A DNA stretch of 64,000 bases from Eledone cirrhosa (lineage: Eukaryota): the NCBI GenBank assembly GCA_964016885.1, contig CAXHJY010000517.1:124001-188000 (forward strand), in the 5' to 3' direction. This document shows positions 43,000 to 56,622 of this stretch, piece by piece. The position numbers and the translations under genes are program-made. Each line of letters starts with the position of its first letter. Position 1 is the stretch's first letter. The notes beneath the pieces were generated by a model. It saw only the letters and a program-made list of their open reading frames with translations. It was not told where the DNA came from and did no database searches.

Positions 43000-45900
43000 T
43001 CAATTATCTAATGATGCAAGTAGGTCTAAGCGAAGGCGTCTCACCGAAGATGTAAATGCGACTGCGATCAGGCTCTCACAGAATGCTCTGTAGACGGCAG
43101 CTGCAAGAGCTGAGGAGGATGACAGTCGGCGTGAACTTCAACGGAATAAAGATGCTGGCGCGACTGCTGCTGCTCGCGCTCGAGAGGATGAAGGACGACG
43201 CGCCGTTCGACGAAGCAGGAACGCCGCTGCCACTGCTGCTGCACGAAATACTGAAACCATAGAGCAACGACGTGGCGACTTCTGCAAGGTGAACAGCGGC
43301 GATCATCGTTACGTAGCATTTCTAGGACTTGCAATTCACGATGGTTGTTGAAGGCCTTTAACTACGACCCCTCCTCCGACTACGCCGTCCATGCAGATAT
43401 TCAAATTGTGGAAATGACCTCTACTTGCCAGTTTTGTATACGAAAAAGTGACCAGGGGAGAGAGATGGTATGTGCTGTTCAAACGTTAAAGTTAGACTAC
43501 CTCCTATTCATGACCCTCCAGAGACATTGCAACTCCTTTTGACAGACACGACGGAGGAATCATCGAAGTTTCTGCGTAATATCCGCCGCTACAATTCCGC
43601 GTTTCAGATGACATCCTTCGGAGCAAAGCTTGCCTCGGAACGTGGGTTCATGCCAACTTTCAAGGTACAGGGGCAGATCTACCACTTGATTGGGTCTATT
43701 CAGCCTCTGGCAGAAAAGGATCCTCAATTTCTTCAGTTATACTTCGTTGGAAACTATCAGGAGCAGGCAGAGATGCGAGACTCTATTTCGTCCCAAACTA
43801 ACATTGAAACCATAATAAAACTTCAAGAAATGCTTCATGACAAAAACAGCTATGTTCGCAGTTTCAAGTACGCTTTGGAAACAGCCACCGACCCAAACTT
43901 TAGTGTGGTCATACATGCTGACCTAAGGCCATCTGGAGAACACGCTGGTCGGTTCAACGCACCAACATGTAATGAGATTGCTGCGGTTATTTGTGGTGAA
44001 CAGCACAACAAGAGATATATCATTCTAAAGCACCGAGACAGCACATTACAGCGTATCAATGAGACACAGGTCCTACGATACACTCCAGTGTCCATTGCTA
44101 TTTGTCAACGGCGAGGACGGATACCATTTCGGCATTCCTCCACATTCAGCAGGCAATGGTGAGGCACATCTTAGCAAAACTGTCATCTGCATGGATTTCT
44201 ACGCTTTCCGATTTATGGTAAGGGACAATTCATTCAACCATCTACACCGTTCTTGGGACCTTTTCCAACAATTTGCTGTTGATATATCCGTTAAAATGGA
44301 GTCCGAGAGATTATGGTTCATTAAATTAAATCAAAAGAAACTTCGATCTGAATGCTACATTCATCTACGCGATGGAATTAACAACGACGTATCCCCAGAC
44401 AATTTAGGCCTTCAACGTTCATAGGGGGACCCCAATACATGCACGAGAGGACTCAGGACGCCATAACTTACGTACGACATTATGGGCCTTTTCATAACGT
44501 TTACATGCAATCCCAAGTGGAAGGAGATTACAAACGAACTGTTCCACGGTCAAGCGCCAAGACACAGGCACGATCTCATAGCAAGAGTATTTCGCCTGAA
44601 ATTATCCAAATTAATGGATTTATTAAAGAAAGGACAGGTTTATGGGCCTGTCAGGTGCGACATGTACACGGTTGAATGGCAGAAATGAGGGCTGCCGCAT
44701 ACCCATATCTTGATTTGGTTGGTTACAAAAATCAGTTCAAACTACATTGACAAATTCATTTCTGCCGAACTACCTGATCCGTCGATTGACAAGGACCTAT
44801 TCTCTATAGTCACATCAAACATGGTCCATGGTCCTTGCGGACATGGACTCAATATGAAGTCCCCGTGCATACACGACGGAAAGTGTACAAAACGATATCC
44901 CAGGCCGTTTTTACAGGAAACACAGACTGGCGTTGACGGATATCCGTTGTATAGGCGCAGGAGACCTGAAGACGGTGGGTTCACAGCAAAAGTTGGCGAA
45001 CGCGAAATGGACAACAGATGGATAGTGCCATATTGCCCCCTCCTTTTGAAAGCGTTCAACGCCCATATAAACGTCGAATTTTGTAACTCAGTAAAATCAA
45101 TTAAATACGTTTGTAAGTACGTAAACAAGGGATCGGATGCTGCCGTCTTTGGTCTTCGTCATGAAAACAGTAGAGACGAGGTATCTGATTACCAAGCAGG
45201 CCGATACATTAGCAGCAATGAAGCCTTTTGGCGCATTTTTGGCTTCCCACTGCACCAACGACACCCCGCCATTAAACAACTTGCCGTTCACCTTGAAAAC
45301 GGTCAACGAGTGTATTTCAACAATGCAACAGCTGCTCAGCTAACGATCTCACCAAAGGAAACTATACTCACCGCTTTTTTAAACTTTGTCAACACGACGA
45401 CTTCGCTCGAACTCTGCTGTATTCTGAAATACCGTCTTACTATACATGGAACCGGACAAAATGGCTACGAAGGAAGGTATGGCAAGAGGTGGTTGGACAT
45501 CCAGGCATCAAATTCGACAATTGCTTTGGGCGAGTTTATACGGTCCACCCTACCCAACACGAATGCTTCTACCTGTGACTTCTGCTTCATGAGGTAAGAG
45601 GGCCGACCAGCTTCACTCATCTGAGAACCGTCGATGGATACGCCTGCGGAACGTACAGGGAAGCCTGCTTGAGGCGTGGACTTTTAGAAGATGACGCACA
45701 ATAGGATGCAACCTTGACGGAAGCTGTCATCTCACAATCATCACGTAGTCTAAAGGTACTTTTTGCAATCCTCTTGCACGTCTGTGAATTGAACGATCCT
45801 TACTCTTTATGACAAAAGTTTAAAGATGATTTCGCAGACGAATATAGGCGTCTCACTCAATTGCAATCTCCAAACTTAGATGTCAGCTTTTCAGACGCTA

Positions 45901-47601
45901 TATATAACAGAGCTCTGATCGATATTGAAGACAGAGTGGCTTCAATGGGCGGAGATGTCTTGGAGAAATATGGGCTTCCGCAAACACTTCGAGATGCGCC
46001 ATCTGACATTCCCAACGACATTATACGTGAAACGCGGGATTTGAACTGAGGTTAACTTTGATGAAAGGCAAAGTTAACCTCAGTTCAAATCCCGCCGAGG
46101 TTAACTTTGCCTTTCATCCTTACGGGGTCGATAAAATAAAGTACCAGTAATGCACTGGGTAATTGCTGGCCTTGTGCCAAAAGTAGAAACAATTATACGT
46201 GAAACGCCATATGATGTCAACGAACTCAAAAGGTATGTTGAAGAAAATGAACCAAAACTTCTAATGGATCAAAAACAAGCCTGCAACATTGTCGTTGATT
46301 CTATCCGTAATCGGGGAGGGGGTATATTCTTCCTGGACGCACCTGGAGGCACGGGCAAAATATTTGTAATCAAACTTTTACTCGCTGCAGTGAGGCAACA
46401 CGGAAACATCGCATTGGCCGTGGCTTCTTCCGGCATTGGCAGGTGCTGGTGGCAGGACGGCCCATTCTTCCTTTAGTCTTCCTCTCAACGTGGCATCATC
46501 TGAGACACCCACGTGCAACATCAGCAAGTCCCCCGGAAAATGACTGGTGTTAAAGCGCTGCCTACTAATTGTTTGGGACGAATGCACAATGGCCCACAAT
46601 GCGGCTTTAGAGGCATTAGATCGGTCACTCATGGACTGTCAAGAACCAATGGGAGGTGTCACTTTCCTGTTATCTGGGGACTTCCGACAGACTCTGCCTG
46701 TAATCCCAAAAGGTACGCGGGCTGATGAGGTTGGTGCATGCCTGAAGGCCTCCCCACTTTGGCGTTATGTTAGAAAGCTGACGCTTACAACAAACATGAG
46801 AACACAACTGCAAGGTGATGAGACATCCGCGGGTTTTGCTGCTGCCATTTTGTCGTTGGGAGATGGCAAAGTCCCACGGAGATGGTGCAGTGGAACCTCA
46901 CAGGGATTTGCAGATGCGTTAAGTCAATTGTTGAGTTACGGACGTCTGTTTTTCCTAATCTTGAGGAGAACTATACAAATCAAGAGTGGCTGTGTGAACG
47001 CGCAACATTGGTTTCGAAAAACCACATAGTTGGAAACATCAATGAACAGCTCATTCTGTGCTTCCCTGAAAACCTGCACGTCTACAAGTCCCTTGACTCT
47101 ATGGCTGCTCTGGACGAAGTTGTTAATTACCCCACAGAATTTCTTAACTTACTATACCCTCCCGGATTGCCACCACACTTACTGCAACTTAAGAAAGATG
47201 CCCCTGTCATGCTCCTCAGAAATTTGGAACCCCGAAGGCTTTCCAGCGGCACGTGTCTGGTCGTCCAAAAGGCGATGCTCCATGTTATTGAGGCAACAAT
47301 ACTTACATGATGTGATAAGAGGGATACTGTCTTCATACCAAGGATACCGCTCATTCCATCCGGTAAAGACATTCCTTTCACATTCAGAAGGCTGCAATTC
47401 CCTCTCCGGCTCAGTTTCGCCATGTCGATTAACAAATCCCAGGGTCAGACGCTGACGGTCGTAGGGCTTAATTTAGAAGAACCGTGCTGCTCCCGTGGTC
47501 AACTATATGTTGGCTGCTCTCGAGTGGGGAGCCGACATAACCTATTTGCTTTTACAGCTCACGAGAAAACCCAAAATATAGTCTATAAGGAAGTTTTGTA
47601 G
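43000..47601 (+). pseudogene. Helitron RepHel protein (HUH-Y2 Rep endonuclease + Pif1-family SF1B helicase), frameshifted with stops
   Basis: NIRRYNSAFQMTSFG, FKVQGQIYH. Rep motifs LFITFTCNPKW, VEWQK*GLPHTHIL, KYVCKYVNKG. Helicase motifs FFLDAPGGTGK, IVWDEC, LSGDFRQTLPV, LTTNMR, VMLLRNL, QFPLRLSFAMSINKSQGQTL, GQLYVGCSRV. Ends NIVYKEVL* at 47601. Start is approximate. Confidence 0.95.
46036..46191 (+). mobile_element. 5'-truncated family A SINE with rearranged 5' end, inserted in the Helitron ORF
   Basis: Perfect 16-bp TSD ATTATACGTGAAACGC (46020-46035 / 46192-46207); peptide IIRET appears on both sides. Confidence 0.95.
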
Positions 47602-48383
47602 GCACCCCATTCGCCAACAAATAATCGCTGTTTTATTTTTGTATAAGTGCTTACATTTGCTGTATCCGTGTGCTTTTTTGTCCTTTTGACAATACCACGT
47701 ACGCCTCTGAGGCTGCTTTTGCTATACGTTATAAATGTTCAATGTCCCCGTTTTCCGCATTTATATGTTGCTAATACGCTTTGCTGTCGATGTTCCGTAG
47801 TTTTAACCTAATTAATCTACTTTTCCCTACATCTTATTTACACATTTTTTTGACATTCCAGCGTGATCTTTCCAAGGCCGCTTTTGTGGTCACCGACTGT
47901 TACATGATTTTCTAGGTTACAATCTCAAATAACAAGCAAAGTAAATACGACACACCAAAGTGGTGTGAAGGACTTCTTAAGGCCCACCACCTCTAATTGT
48001 AGTCGTCTTTGCTGACAGCTCTGCCGCTGGGACTTTTAAGAGTGAACGATCCAAAGCCCTCCTCAGAGCCACCAAGTTTAAATCGTTACCATCAGATTCA
48101 TCTTTGCTGGCAGCACCGCCTCTAGGATATTTCAAAATGAACGTTAAAAGGTCCTCTTCAGGGCCACCAACTATAAATTGTTATCGCTGGATTCGTCTTT
48201 GCTGGCAGCGCCGCCGCTGAGACTTTTAAGAGTGAACGATCCAAGGCTCTCTTTAGGGCCACCAACTTTAAATTGTTACTTCTATAGTCGTATTTAACGG
48301 AAGTCTTTCGGTTCATTTGAATGACTACTCCATTGAGAGTTATACCGGGAAACACCGGGTACCTCTGGTAGTTATATATATAA

Positions 48384-48958
48384 TAAACCAAAGAAGCAGT
48401 TTAAGGATGCCATAATAGACGATCTTAAAACTCTGAAGATTAATATGGAGAACTGTGAGAGACTGGCTGAAGGCCGTACATCATGGAGAAAGATCATCAA
48501 ATATTGATATGATGTCTTGGAGAAAAAGCGAGTGGAACATGCTGTTTTGAAGCGTTCACTTCGTAAGCGGGATTCAAGTACAGTGCCTGCAAAAATCCAG
48601 CAGGAATTGCTGTGCAATGCATAAAGCTGATTTCTTCTAACTAGAGATTTGTTAACCATCTGAAATCACTCGAGCCGGGGAGAAATCGAGTCAACTGTGA
48701 GATACTACCGCCACACACTCCACGGCATATTTGAAGTGAGTATGGCTTAATTTGCAAGTCAGCAGTTGGACTGGCCAGGCATTGAAACATGCATGAAGAG
48801 ACACCCCAGCCGCTATTGCCAGGAGATAGAGAATTCAAGTGTGACATCTGTGAACGTACCTGCAAAACAAAGCGGGTCTGAAAGGTCACCTGCGTGCACA
48901 TGATCGACCAATGTTCAATGAAGGGATGGCACTCTTCTGACAAGAAGTAGCAATCAGC
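48384..48958 (+). mobile_element. 3' end of an RTE (BovB-like) LINE with C-terminal C2H2 zinc fingers
   Basis: Manual translation KPKKQFKDAIIDDLKTLKINMENCERLAEGRTSWRKII, later ICKSAVGLARH*NMH and FKCDICERTCKTKAGLKGHLRAH. Flanked by TA runs. Confidence 0.75.
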
Positions 48959-49412
48959 ATATATATATATATATATAATGTATACACATTTGTGTGTTCA
49001 AACGAGAAAAAGAAGTACTTAATATATGTAATTCCCTGTCACATATCCTAGTTTCCCCCTTATTTACACACGACTGCTTGCAACAAACTGTACTCTAGAT
49101 GGAGTGAGAACCTATGTTAGATCACTTGTTGACAACAAACAGCGTTAACTTTGATCTCTTTGTTATCAAGATTATGTAGGGATTAACACTTAATCCTCCC
49201 CTTTATATATTTAGACAATAGGTTCCCACAAGGTCACTTACAGGGAGAGAAACTGAGAGTAAAACCGCATATACGAATATGTGTGCATACATGTGTGTGT
49301 GAATGTGTGTACATGTGCATGTGAATGTGTGTGTGATGTGTCTGTCTGTATGTGTGTGTGGAGAGAGCATTAATTTCTTTTTATACATATTAACAAAGCT
49401 ATTTACCAAAAT

Positions 49413-49453
<41 letters not shown>

Positions 49454-49521
49454 ATTATGTGTACATATATATTAATATATATATTAATATATATATTAAT
49501 ATATATATATATATATATATT

Positions 49522-49740
49522 GAATAGAAAACGAAAAATCAGTGATGCATCTGACCTCAATTTATTGAGTCTTACAATTGTTTCCAGAGATATCCACACA
49601 ATGACCGCGTCTCGAGCTGTCCGCCGGCGAAACAATTGTAGCACACAATAAATTGATGCATCACTGATTTTTCGTTTTCTATTCTATCATACTCTGCTCA
49701 ACCGGCATACCGCCCATAGAAGCATCTTAGCTAACATAAG
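49522..49740 (+). mobile_element. Small fold-back element with partial hammerhead-like motif
   Basis: Imperfect inverted arms 49522-49583 / 49629-49684 (outer 30 bp perfect). GAAAC-aatt-GTA with palindromic ACAATTGT, but no intact CTGANGA. Sits between microsatellites. Confidence 0.5.
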
Positions 49741-49800
<60 letters not shown>

Positions 49801-49806
49801 ATATAT

Positions 49807-50392
<586 letters not shown>

Positions 50393-50515
50393 GTATATAT
50401 ATATATATAAGTATATATAAACATGTTGAGCATATATTTATCAGTATTTATATTATTAATAAACACACATTAAGCCTAGTTATGCAAACAGGATGTGTTG
50501 TTGAATAAAAGGAAT

Positions 50516-50596
<81 letters not shown>

Positions 50597-50929
50597 CTCT
50601 CTCTCTCTGCAGAGCGAAGCGAAGAACAACATAATTAGTTTCACCTGGTTATTGCCACCTCATCAGGAATGTCTACTTCGTGTATAACGTCTACTTCGTG
50701 TATAATGTCTACTTCGTGTATAAAGATACACAGAGTGACAGTAGTTTACAACTTACTCATGACAGTTACTATGATTAACGATAACCAAAGTTAGCAAAGT
50801 TACTAGTTTAAATATCAGTAAATGCGATGACGGCTGTTTTTATTTAGCTGAAGTACAAAGGTTGCATGATTGTGTGACAGTCATTGATCCGTTGGATCAG
50901 AGTGATGTTTTGCTGAATAGCATCTTTGA

Positions 50930-52850
50930 TTATAGATGTACATAGTCAGAGCTGGTCTAGGGTTAAACATCTGTGATAGGTGTACATAGTTAGAGCTGGT
51001 CTAGGCCTAAATATCTACAGTAATAGATGTACATAGTTAGAGCTGGTCTAGGCCTAAATATCTACAGTAATAGATGTACATAGTTAGAGCTGGTCTAGGG
51101 CTAAATATCTACAGTAATAGATGTACATAGTTAGAGCTGGTCTAGAGCTAAATATCTACAGTAATAGATGTACATAGTTAGAGCTGGTCTAGAGCTAAAT
51201 ATCTACAGTAATAGATGTACATAGTTAGAGCTGGTCTCGGCCTAAATATCTACAGTAATAGATGTACATAGTTAGAGCTGGTCTAGGGCTAAATATCTAC
51301 AGTAATAGATGTACATAGTTAGAGCTGGTCTAGGGCTAAATATCTATAGTAATAGATGTACATAGTTAGAGCTGGTCTAGGGCTAAATATCTACAGTAAT
51401 AGATGTACATAGTTAGAGCTGGTCTAGGCCTAAATATCTACAGTAATAGATGTACATAGTTAGAGCTGGTATAGGGCTAAATATCTACAGTAATAGATGT
51501 ACATAGTTAGAGCTGGTCTCGGCCTAAATATCTACAGTAATAGATGTACATAGTTAGAGCTGGTCTAGGGCTAAATATCTACAGTAATAGATGTACATAG
51601 TTAGAGCTGGTCTAGGGCTAAATATCTACAGTAATAGATGTACATAGTTAGAGCTGGTCTAGGCCTAAATATCTACAGTAATAGATGTACATAGTTAGAG
51701 CTGGTCTAGGCCTAAATATCTACAGTAATAGATGTACATAGTTAGAGCTGGTCTAGGGCTAAATATCTACAGTAATAGATGTACATAGTTAGAGCTGGTC
51801 TCGGCCTAAATATCTACAGTAATAGATGTACATAGTCAGAGCTGGTCTCGGCCTAAATATCTACAGTAATAGATGTACATAGTTAGAGCTGGTCTAGAGC
51901 TAAATATCTACAGTAATAGATGTACATTGTTAGAACTGGTCTAGGCCTAAATATCTACAGTAATAGATGTACATAGTTAGAGCTGGTCTCGGCCTAAATA
52001 TCTACAGTAATAGATGTACATAGTTAGAGCTGGTCTCGGCCTAAATATCTACAGTAATAGATGTACATAGTCAGAGCTGGTCTCGGCCTAAATATCTACA
52101 GTAATAGATATACATAGTTAGAGCTGGTCTCGGCCTAAATATCTACAGTAATAGATGTACATAGTTAGAGCTGGTCTCGGCCTAAATATCTACAGTAATA
52201 GATGTACATAGTTAGAGCTGGTCTAGGGCTAAATATCTACAGTAATAGATGTACATAGTCAGAGCTGGTCTCGGCCTAAATATCTACAGTAATAGATGTA
52301 CATAGTTAGAGCTGGTCTAGGGCTAAATATCTACAGTAATAGATGTACATAGTCAGGCTGGTCTAGGGCTAAATATCTACAGTAATAGATGTACATAGTT
52401 AGAGCTGGTCTAGGCCTAAATATCTACAGTAATAGATGTACATAGTTAGAGCTGGTCTAGGGCTAAATATCTACAGTAATAGATGTACATAGTCAGGCTG
52501 GTCTAGGGCTAAATATCTACAGTAATAGATGTACATAGTTAGAGCTGGTCTAGGCCTAAATATCTACAGTAATAGATGTACATAGTTAGAGCTGGTCTAG
52601 GGCTAAATATCTACAGTAATAGATGTACATAGTCAGGCTGGTCTAGGGCTAAATATCTACAGTAATAGATGTACATAGTTAGAGCTGGTCTAGGCCTAAA
52701 TATCTACAGTAATAGATGTACATAGTCAGAGCTGGTCTAGGGCTAAATATCTATAGTAATAGATGTACATAGTTAGAGCTGGTCTAGAGCTAAACACCTA
52801 TAATAATAGGTCTACATAGTCAGTGTTGGTCTAGAGCTAAACATCTATAA
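50930..52850. repeat. 47-bp minisatellite, ~41 copies
   Basis: Unit ATAGATGTACATAGTTAGAGCTGGTCTAGGGCTAAATATCTACAGTA; period from 51023 to 51070; diverged terminal copies. Confidence 0.97.
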
Positions 52851-52915
52851 CAATAAGACACCGGTAGCAGTGGAGACTTTGGTGTACTTGGCCCTAGGAC
52901 CACTTCCCTACTCAC

Positions 52916-53130
52916 CACCATCGGCACAGAGTCGGCTAGCCATAGGTGTGAGCCACACGAGCTGCAATGGTTCTTCTAGTACCTCTCCCCCACCATCCTC
53001 CAGGGAAACGCTTTCTCTATTCTGTCCGCCGGCCAGCGCGTGGGCCCCCATTTTCTCATAATAGTGAGAGATGGGCATAGCGTAAAAGACGGAGACATTG
53101 ACAGTGGGAGTTTGGTTCCAGTGTTTGGAC
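52916..53130 (-). CDS. Candidate internal coding exon of an unidentified host gene (215 bp)
   Basis: GC-balanced unique sequence. CAG acceptor (53131-53133, weak pyrimidine tract) and strong GTG|GTGAGT donor (52910-52915). Only one of three minus frames is open throughout (SKHWNQTPTVNVSVFYAMPISHYYEKM...EPLQLVWLTPMASRLCADG). Confidence 0.45.
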
Positions 53131-53214
53131 CTGGTGTATATATATTTATTTACCACAGTACATTAACTAGTATATATGTTAAAGGTGAATTTATTGTTTA
53201 TTATTTGTATATAG

Positions 53215-53403
53215 TGGCGGTGGATTGGCAGGATCGGTAGAGGGTCGGACGCCATGCTTTCCAGCATAGTTACGTCCCTTTACGATCTGAGTTCAAATCC
53301 CGCCGAGGTTGACTTTGCCTGTCATCCTTACGGGGTCGATAAAATAAAGTACCAGTAATGCACTGATAATTGCTGGCCTTGTGCCTAAAGTAGAAACAAT
53401 TAT
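53215..53403 (+). mobile_element. Full-length family A SINE
   Basis: A/B boxes, core and tail; perfect 15-bp TSD ATTATTTGTATATAG (53200-53214 / 53399-53413). Confidence 0.93.
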
Positions 53404-53876
53404 TTGTATATAGAAACATACGACGGAACGTTTCACTGTATCTGTTCTGGTTTTGTGTGTTCTCAGTTTAAATACCTCCTCCTGTCACTGGAAAGCAGGG
53501 TAACGTGATAGAAATGGGGCTCCTATCATTAAATAACTCCCTAGACCTCCTATAGTAGGCTACAACCTCTCAGAAGGCCGATTACACCAACATAACATAG
53601 TATATTACTGGTACATATTCTATGTTAAAAATCTTTATAATTATTCATTAGTTATTTATTGCTTTTGTTGTATAGAAATCGATATACAATATTGATTTCT
53701 AACATAAATACCATTGCAAAGTGATCAGTCGATTAAATTGACCTCAGTATTTCGATGGTACTTATTATATTCAGCAACGGCGGATGTAAAGCAAGATAAA
53801 ATGTAGCAGGGTATGAACATAATAGGTTATCGGACGTACCAGAATACCACCAGATATTCCAGTTACGACCGTGTTT

Positions 53877-54791
53877 ACTACACACCTTTACCACCCTGAC
53901 TACTATGTCCATTACACCACCCTTACATCCCTGTCCATTACACCACCCTTACATCCCTGTCCACTACACCACCCTTACATCCCTGTCCACTACACCACCC
54001 TTACATCCTGTCCACTACACCACCCTTACATCCCTGTCCACTACACCACCCTTACATCCCTGTCCATTACACCACCCTTACATCCCTGTCCACTACACCA
54101 CCCTTACATCCCTGTCCACTACACCACCCTTACATCCCTGTCCACTACACCACCCTTACATCCCTGTCCATTACACCACCCTTACATCCTGTCCACTACA
54201 CCACCCTTACATCCCTGTCCACTACACCACCCTTACATCCCTGTCCACTACACCACCCTTACATCCCTGTCCACTACACCACCCTTACATCCCTGTCCAC
54301 TACACCACCCTTACATCCTGTCCACTACACCACCCTTACATCCCTGTCCACTACACCACCCCTACATCCCTGTCCACTACACCACCCTTACATCCCTGTC
54401 CACTACACCACCCTTACATCCCTGTCCACTACACCACCCTTACAGCCATGTCCACTACACCACCCTTATCACCCTTACAGCCATGTCCACTACACCACCC
54501 TTATCACCCTTACAGCCATGTCCACTACACCACCCTTATCACCCTTACAGCCATGTCCACTACACCACCCTTATCACCCTTACAGCCATGTCCACTACAC
54601 CACCCTTATCACCCTTACAGCCATGTCCACTACACCACCCTTATCACCCTTACAGCCATGTCCACTACACCACCCTTATCACCCTTACAGCCATGTCCAC
54701 TACACCACCCTTATCACCCTTACAGCCATGTCCACTACACCACCCTTATCACCCTTACAGCCATGTCCACTACACCACCCTTATCACCCTT
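53877..54791. repeat. Bipartite minisatellite: 26-bp units switching to 35-bp units at ~54440
   Basis: CACTACACCACCCTTACATCCCTGTC, then CACTACACCACCCTTATCACCCTTACAGCCATGTC. Confidence 0.95.
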
Positions 54792-55167
54792 TTAATCTAA
54801 ATAAAATATTATAATCCCATTCTATTAATTAATCCTTTATTAAAGATTTTCAAACGAAGATAGATGGATAGAGAGAGGGGGAGGGGGAATAGTATGGGGA
54901 GAGGGAATGAGTGAGGGCGAAGAAGGGAGGGGGAATGAGTGAGAGTGAAGGAGTGAGGAGAAGAAGTAAGGGCGAAGAAGGAGGTAGAAAGGTTGTTAGC
55001 TGTGATTAAATAAGATTAAATTAGATTAAATATTTCTAATTCTCTAGTTTATAAATCCTCGGTTTAACCTTTCCATGGAGAGTTCGGGGCAGACAAATAC
55101 AGAATTAAAACCTTTTTCTTTTGTTTTAATATATTTTGAAAAATACACGTTTTTATACAGACATAAT

Positions 55168-55876
55168 TATGTTATTGTTGTTAGTGGTGGCGGTGGTGAT
55201 AGTGGTGGTGTTGGTGATGATAGTGGTGGTGTTGGTATTGTTGTTGTTGCTGACGGTGGTGGTGAGATGGTGGCCGTGGTGGTGGTATTGGTGGTGGTGG
55301 TCGTGTTGGCGGTGGCGGTGGTGGTGGCCGTGGTGGTCGTGGTGGTGGTGTTGGTGGTGATAGTGGTGTTGTTGGTATTGTTGTTGTTGCTGACGGTGGT
55401 GGTGAGGTGGTGAACGTGGTGGTGGTGGTGGTGGTGGTGGTGGTGATAGTGGTGTTGTTGGTATTGTTGTTGTTGCTGACAGTGGTGGTGAGGTGGTGAA
55501 CGTGGTGGTGATAGTGGTGTTGTTGGTGTTGTTGTTGTTGCTGATGGTGGTGGTGAGGTGGTGGCCGTGGTGGTGGTAGTGTTGGTGGTGATAGTGGTGG
55601 TGTTGGTATTGTTGTTGCTGACGGTGGTGGTGAGGTGGTGAACGTGGTGGTGGTGGTGGTGGTGGTGGTGATAGTGGTGGTGTTGGTATTGTTGTTGCTG
55701 ACGGTGGTGGTGAGGTGGTGAACGTGGTGGTGGTGGTGGTGGTGGTGATAGTGGTGGTGTTGGTATTGTTGTTGCTGACGGTGGTGGTGAGGTGGTGGTG
55801 GTGGTGGTGGTGGTGGTCATCGTCGTCGTCGTAGTATTGTTGTTCTTGCTGGTGGTGGTGGTGGTGGTAGTGGTAG
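55168..55876. repeat. (GGT)/(GTT)-rich compound repeat
   Basis: Directly visible, with recurring GCTGACGGTGGTGGTGAGGTGGTGAACG. Confidence 0.92.
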
Positions 55877-56212
55877 AGATAATATTTCAAGTGTATTAGT
55901 GTCCATAATAAACACCGTGTAGCAATCAATATAGATAAATCTGATCAGTCATGTTCAGCAATCTGGTTTCGATTCCCAAGTAAAGCCATTTCAAATAAAT
56001 CGAACCGTTAGTTCAATCCCTTCAACTCCCAACCCCACCCACGACCCTCACACAATTCAAAGATTACTGACTATTGTGATGTTGTTGTCGTTGTTATTGA
56101 TATTGTTGTTTAGGTAGAGGCCAATTACAATGGAGCAGACCTATATTGTAGCTGTAATCATCCCTACATTGGACTGTATACCATATACCATTGGACTTAT
56201 ATACCATATAAG

Positions 56213-56622
56213 AGCAGTGGATTGGCAGAATCGGTGGAGCGTCAGACACCATGCTTCTGGCATAGTTACAGCCCTTTACGTACTGAGTTCAAATCTTAGC
56301 TTTACTTTTCATCCTTACGTATTGGGGTCGATTTAGTCAACTTACCGCCTCTCCCCAATTGCTGGCCTTGTACCTAAATCAGAAGCCATTATTATACCAT
56401 ATAAGGGTGGTCAATTGGCATAATCGGAAGAGCATCAGATGAAATAAACTGTAATATGTCGTAATGGCCTTTTACATTCTCCGTTCAAATCACGCCGAGA
56501 TCAACTTTACCTTTCATCCTTTCAAGGTTGATAAAACAAAGCACCAATCAGGTAGAGGGTCAAGTAATCGACTTCATCCTCCCTCCATATCAATGGCCTT
56601 GTGCTTAAATCAGAAACCATTC
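56213..56622 (+). mobile_element. Two adjacent older family A-related SINE copies
   Basis: 56213-56394 and 56405-56622 each have TGGCA.AATCGG, GTTCAAAT, TTTCATCCTT and GGCCTTGT..AAATCAGAA.CCATT. Confidence 0.8.

Larger units (their letters stand above)
41103..48371 (+). mobile_element. Full-length but decayed autonomous Helitron (~7.3 kb)
   Basis: 5' CCTATATATATAAAACAG..(GTCT)n..AACCGATT. 3' imperfect hairpin TACCGGGAAACACCGGGTA then GGTAG|T. TA-rich flanks, internal RepHel ORF, diverged subterminal repeats at 41250-42170 and 47980-48280. Confidence 0.92.

Noticed and set aside
50611-50722. Acceptor after (CT)n with short frame [24 protein letters not shown]
   Set aside because: The pyrimidine tract is a microsatellite and the frame runs into an 18-bp x3 repeat.
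53871-54814. ~300-aa ORFs in several frames
   Set aside because: Minisatellite with 26/35-bp units; the same peptides rotate through all frames.
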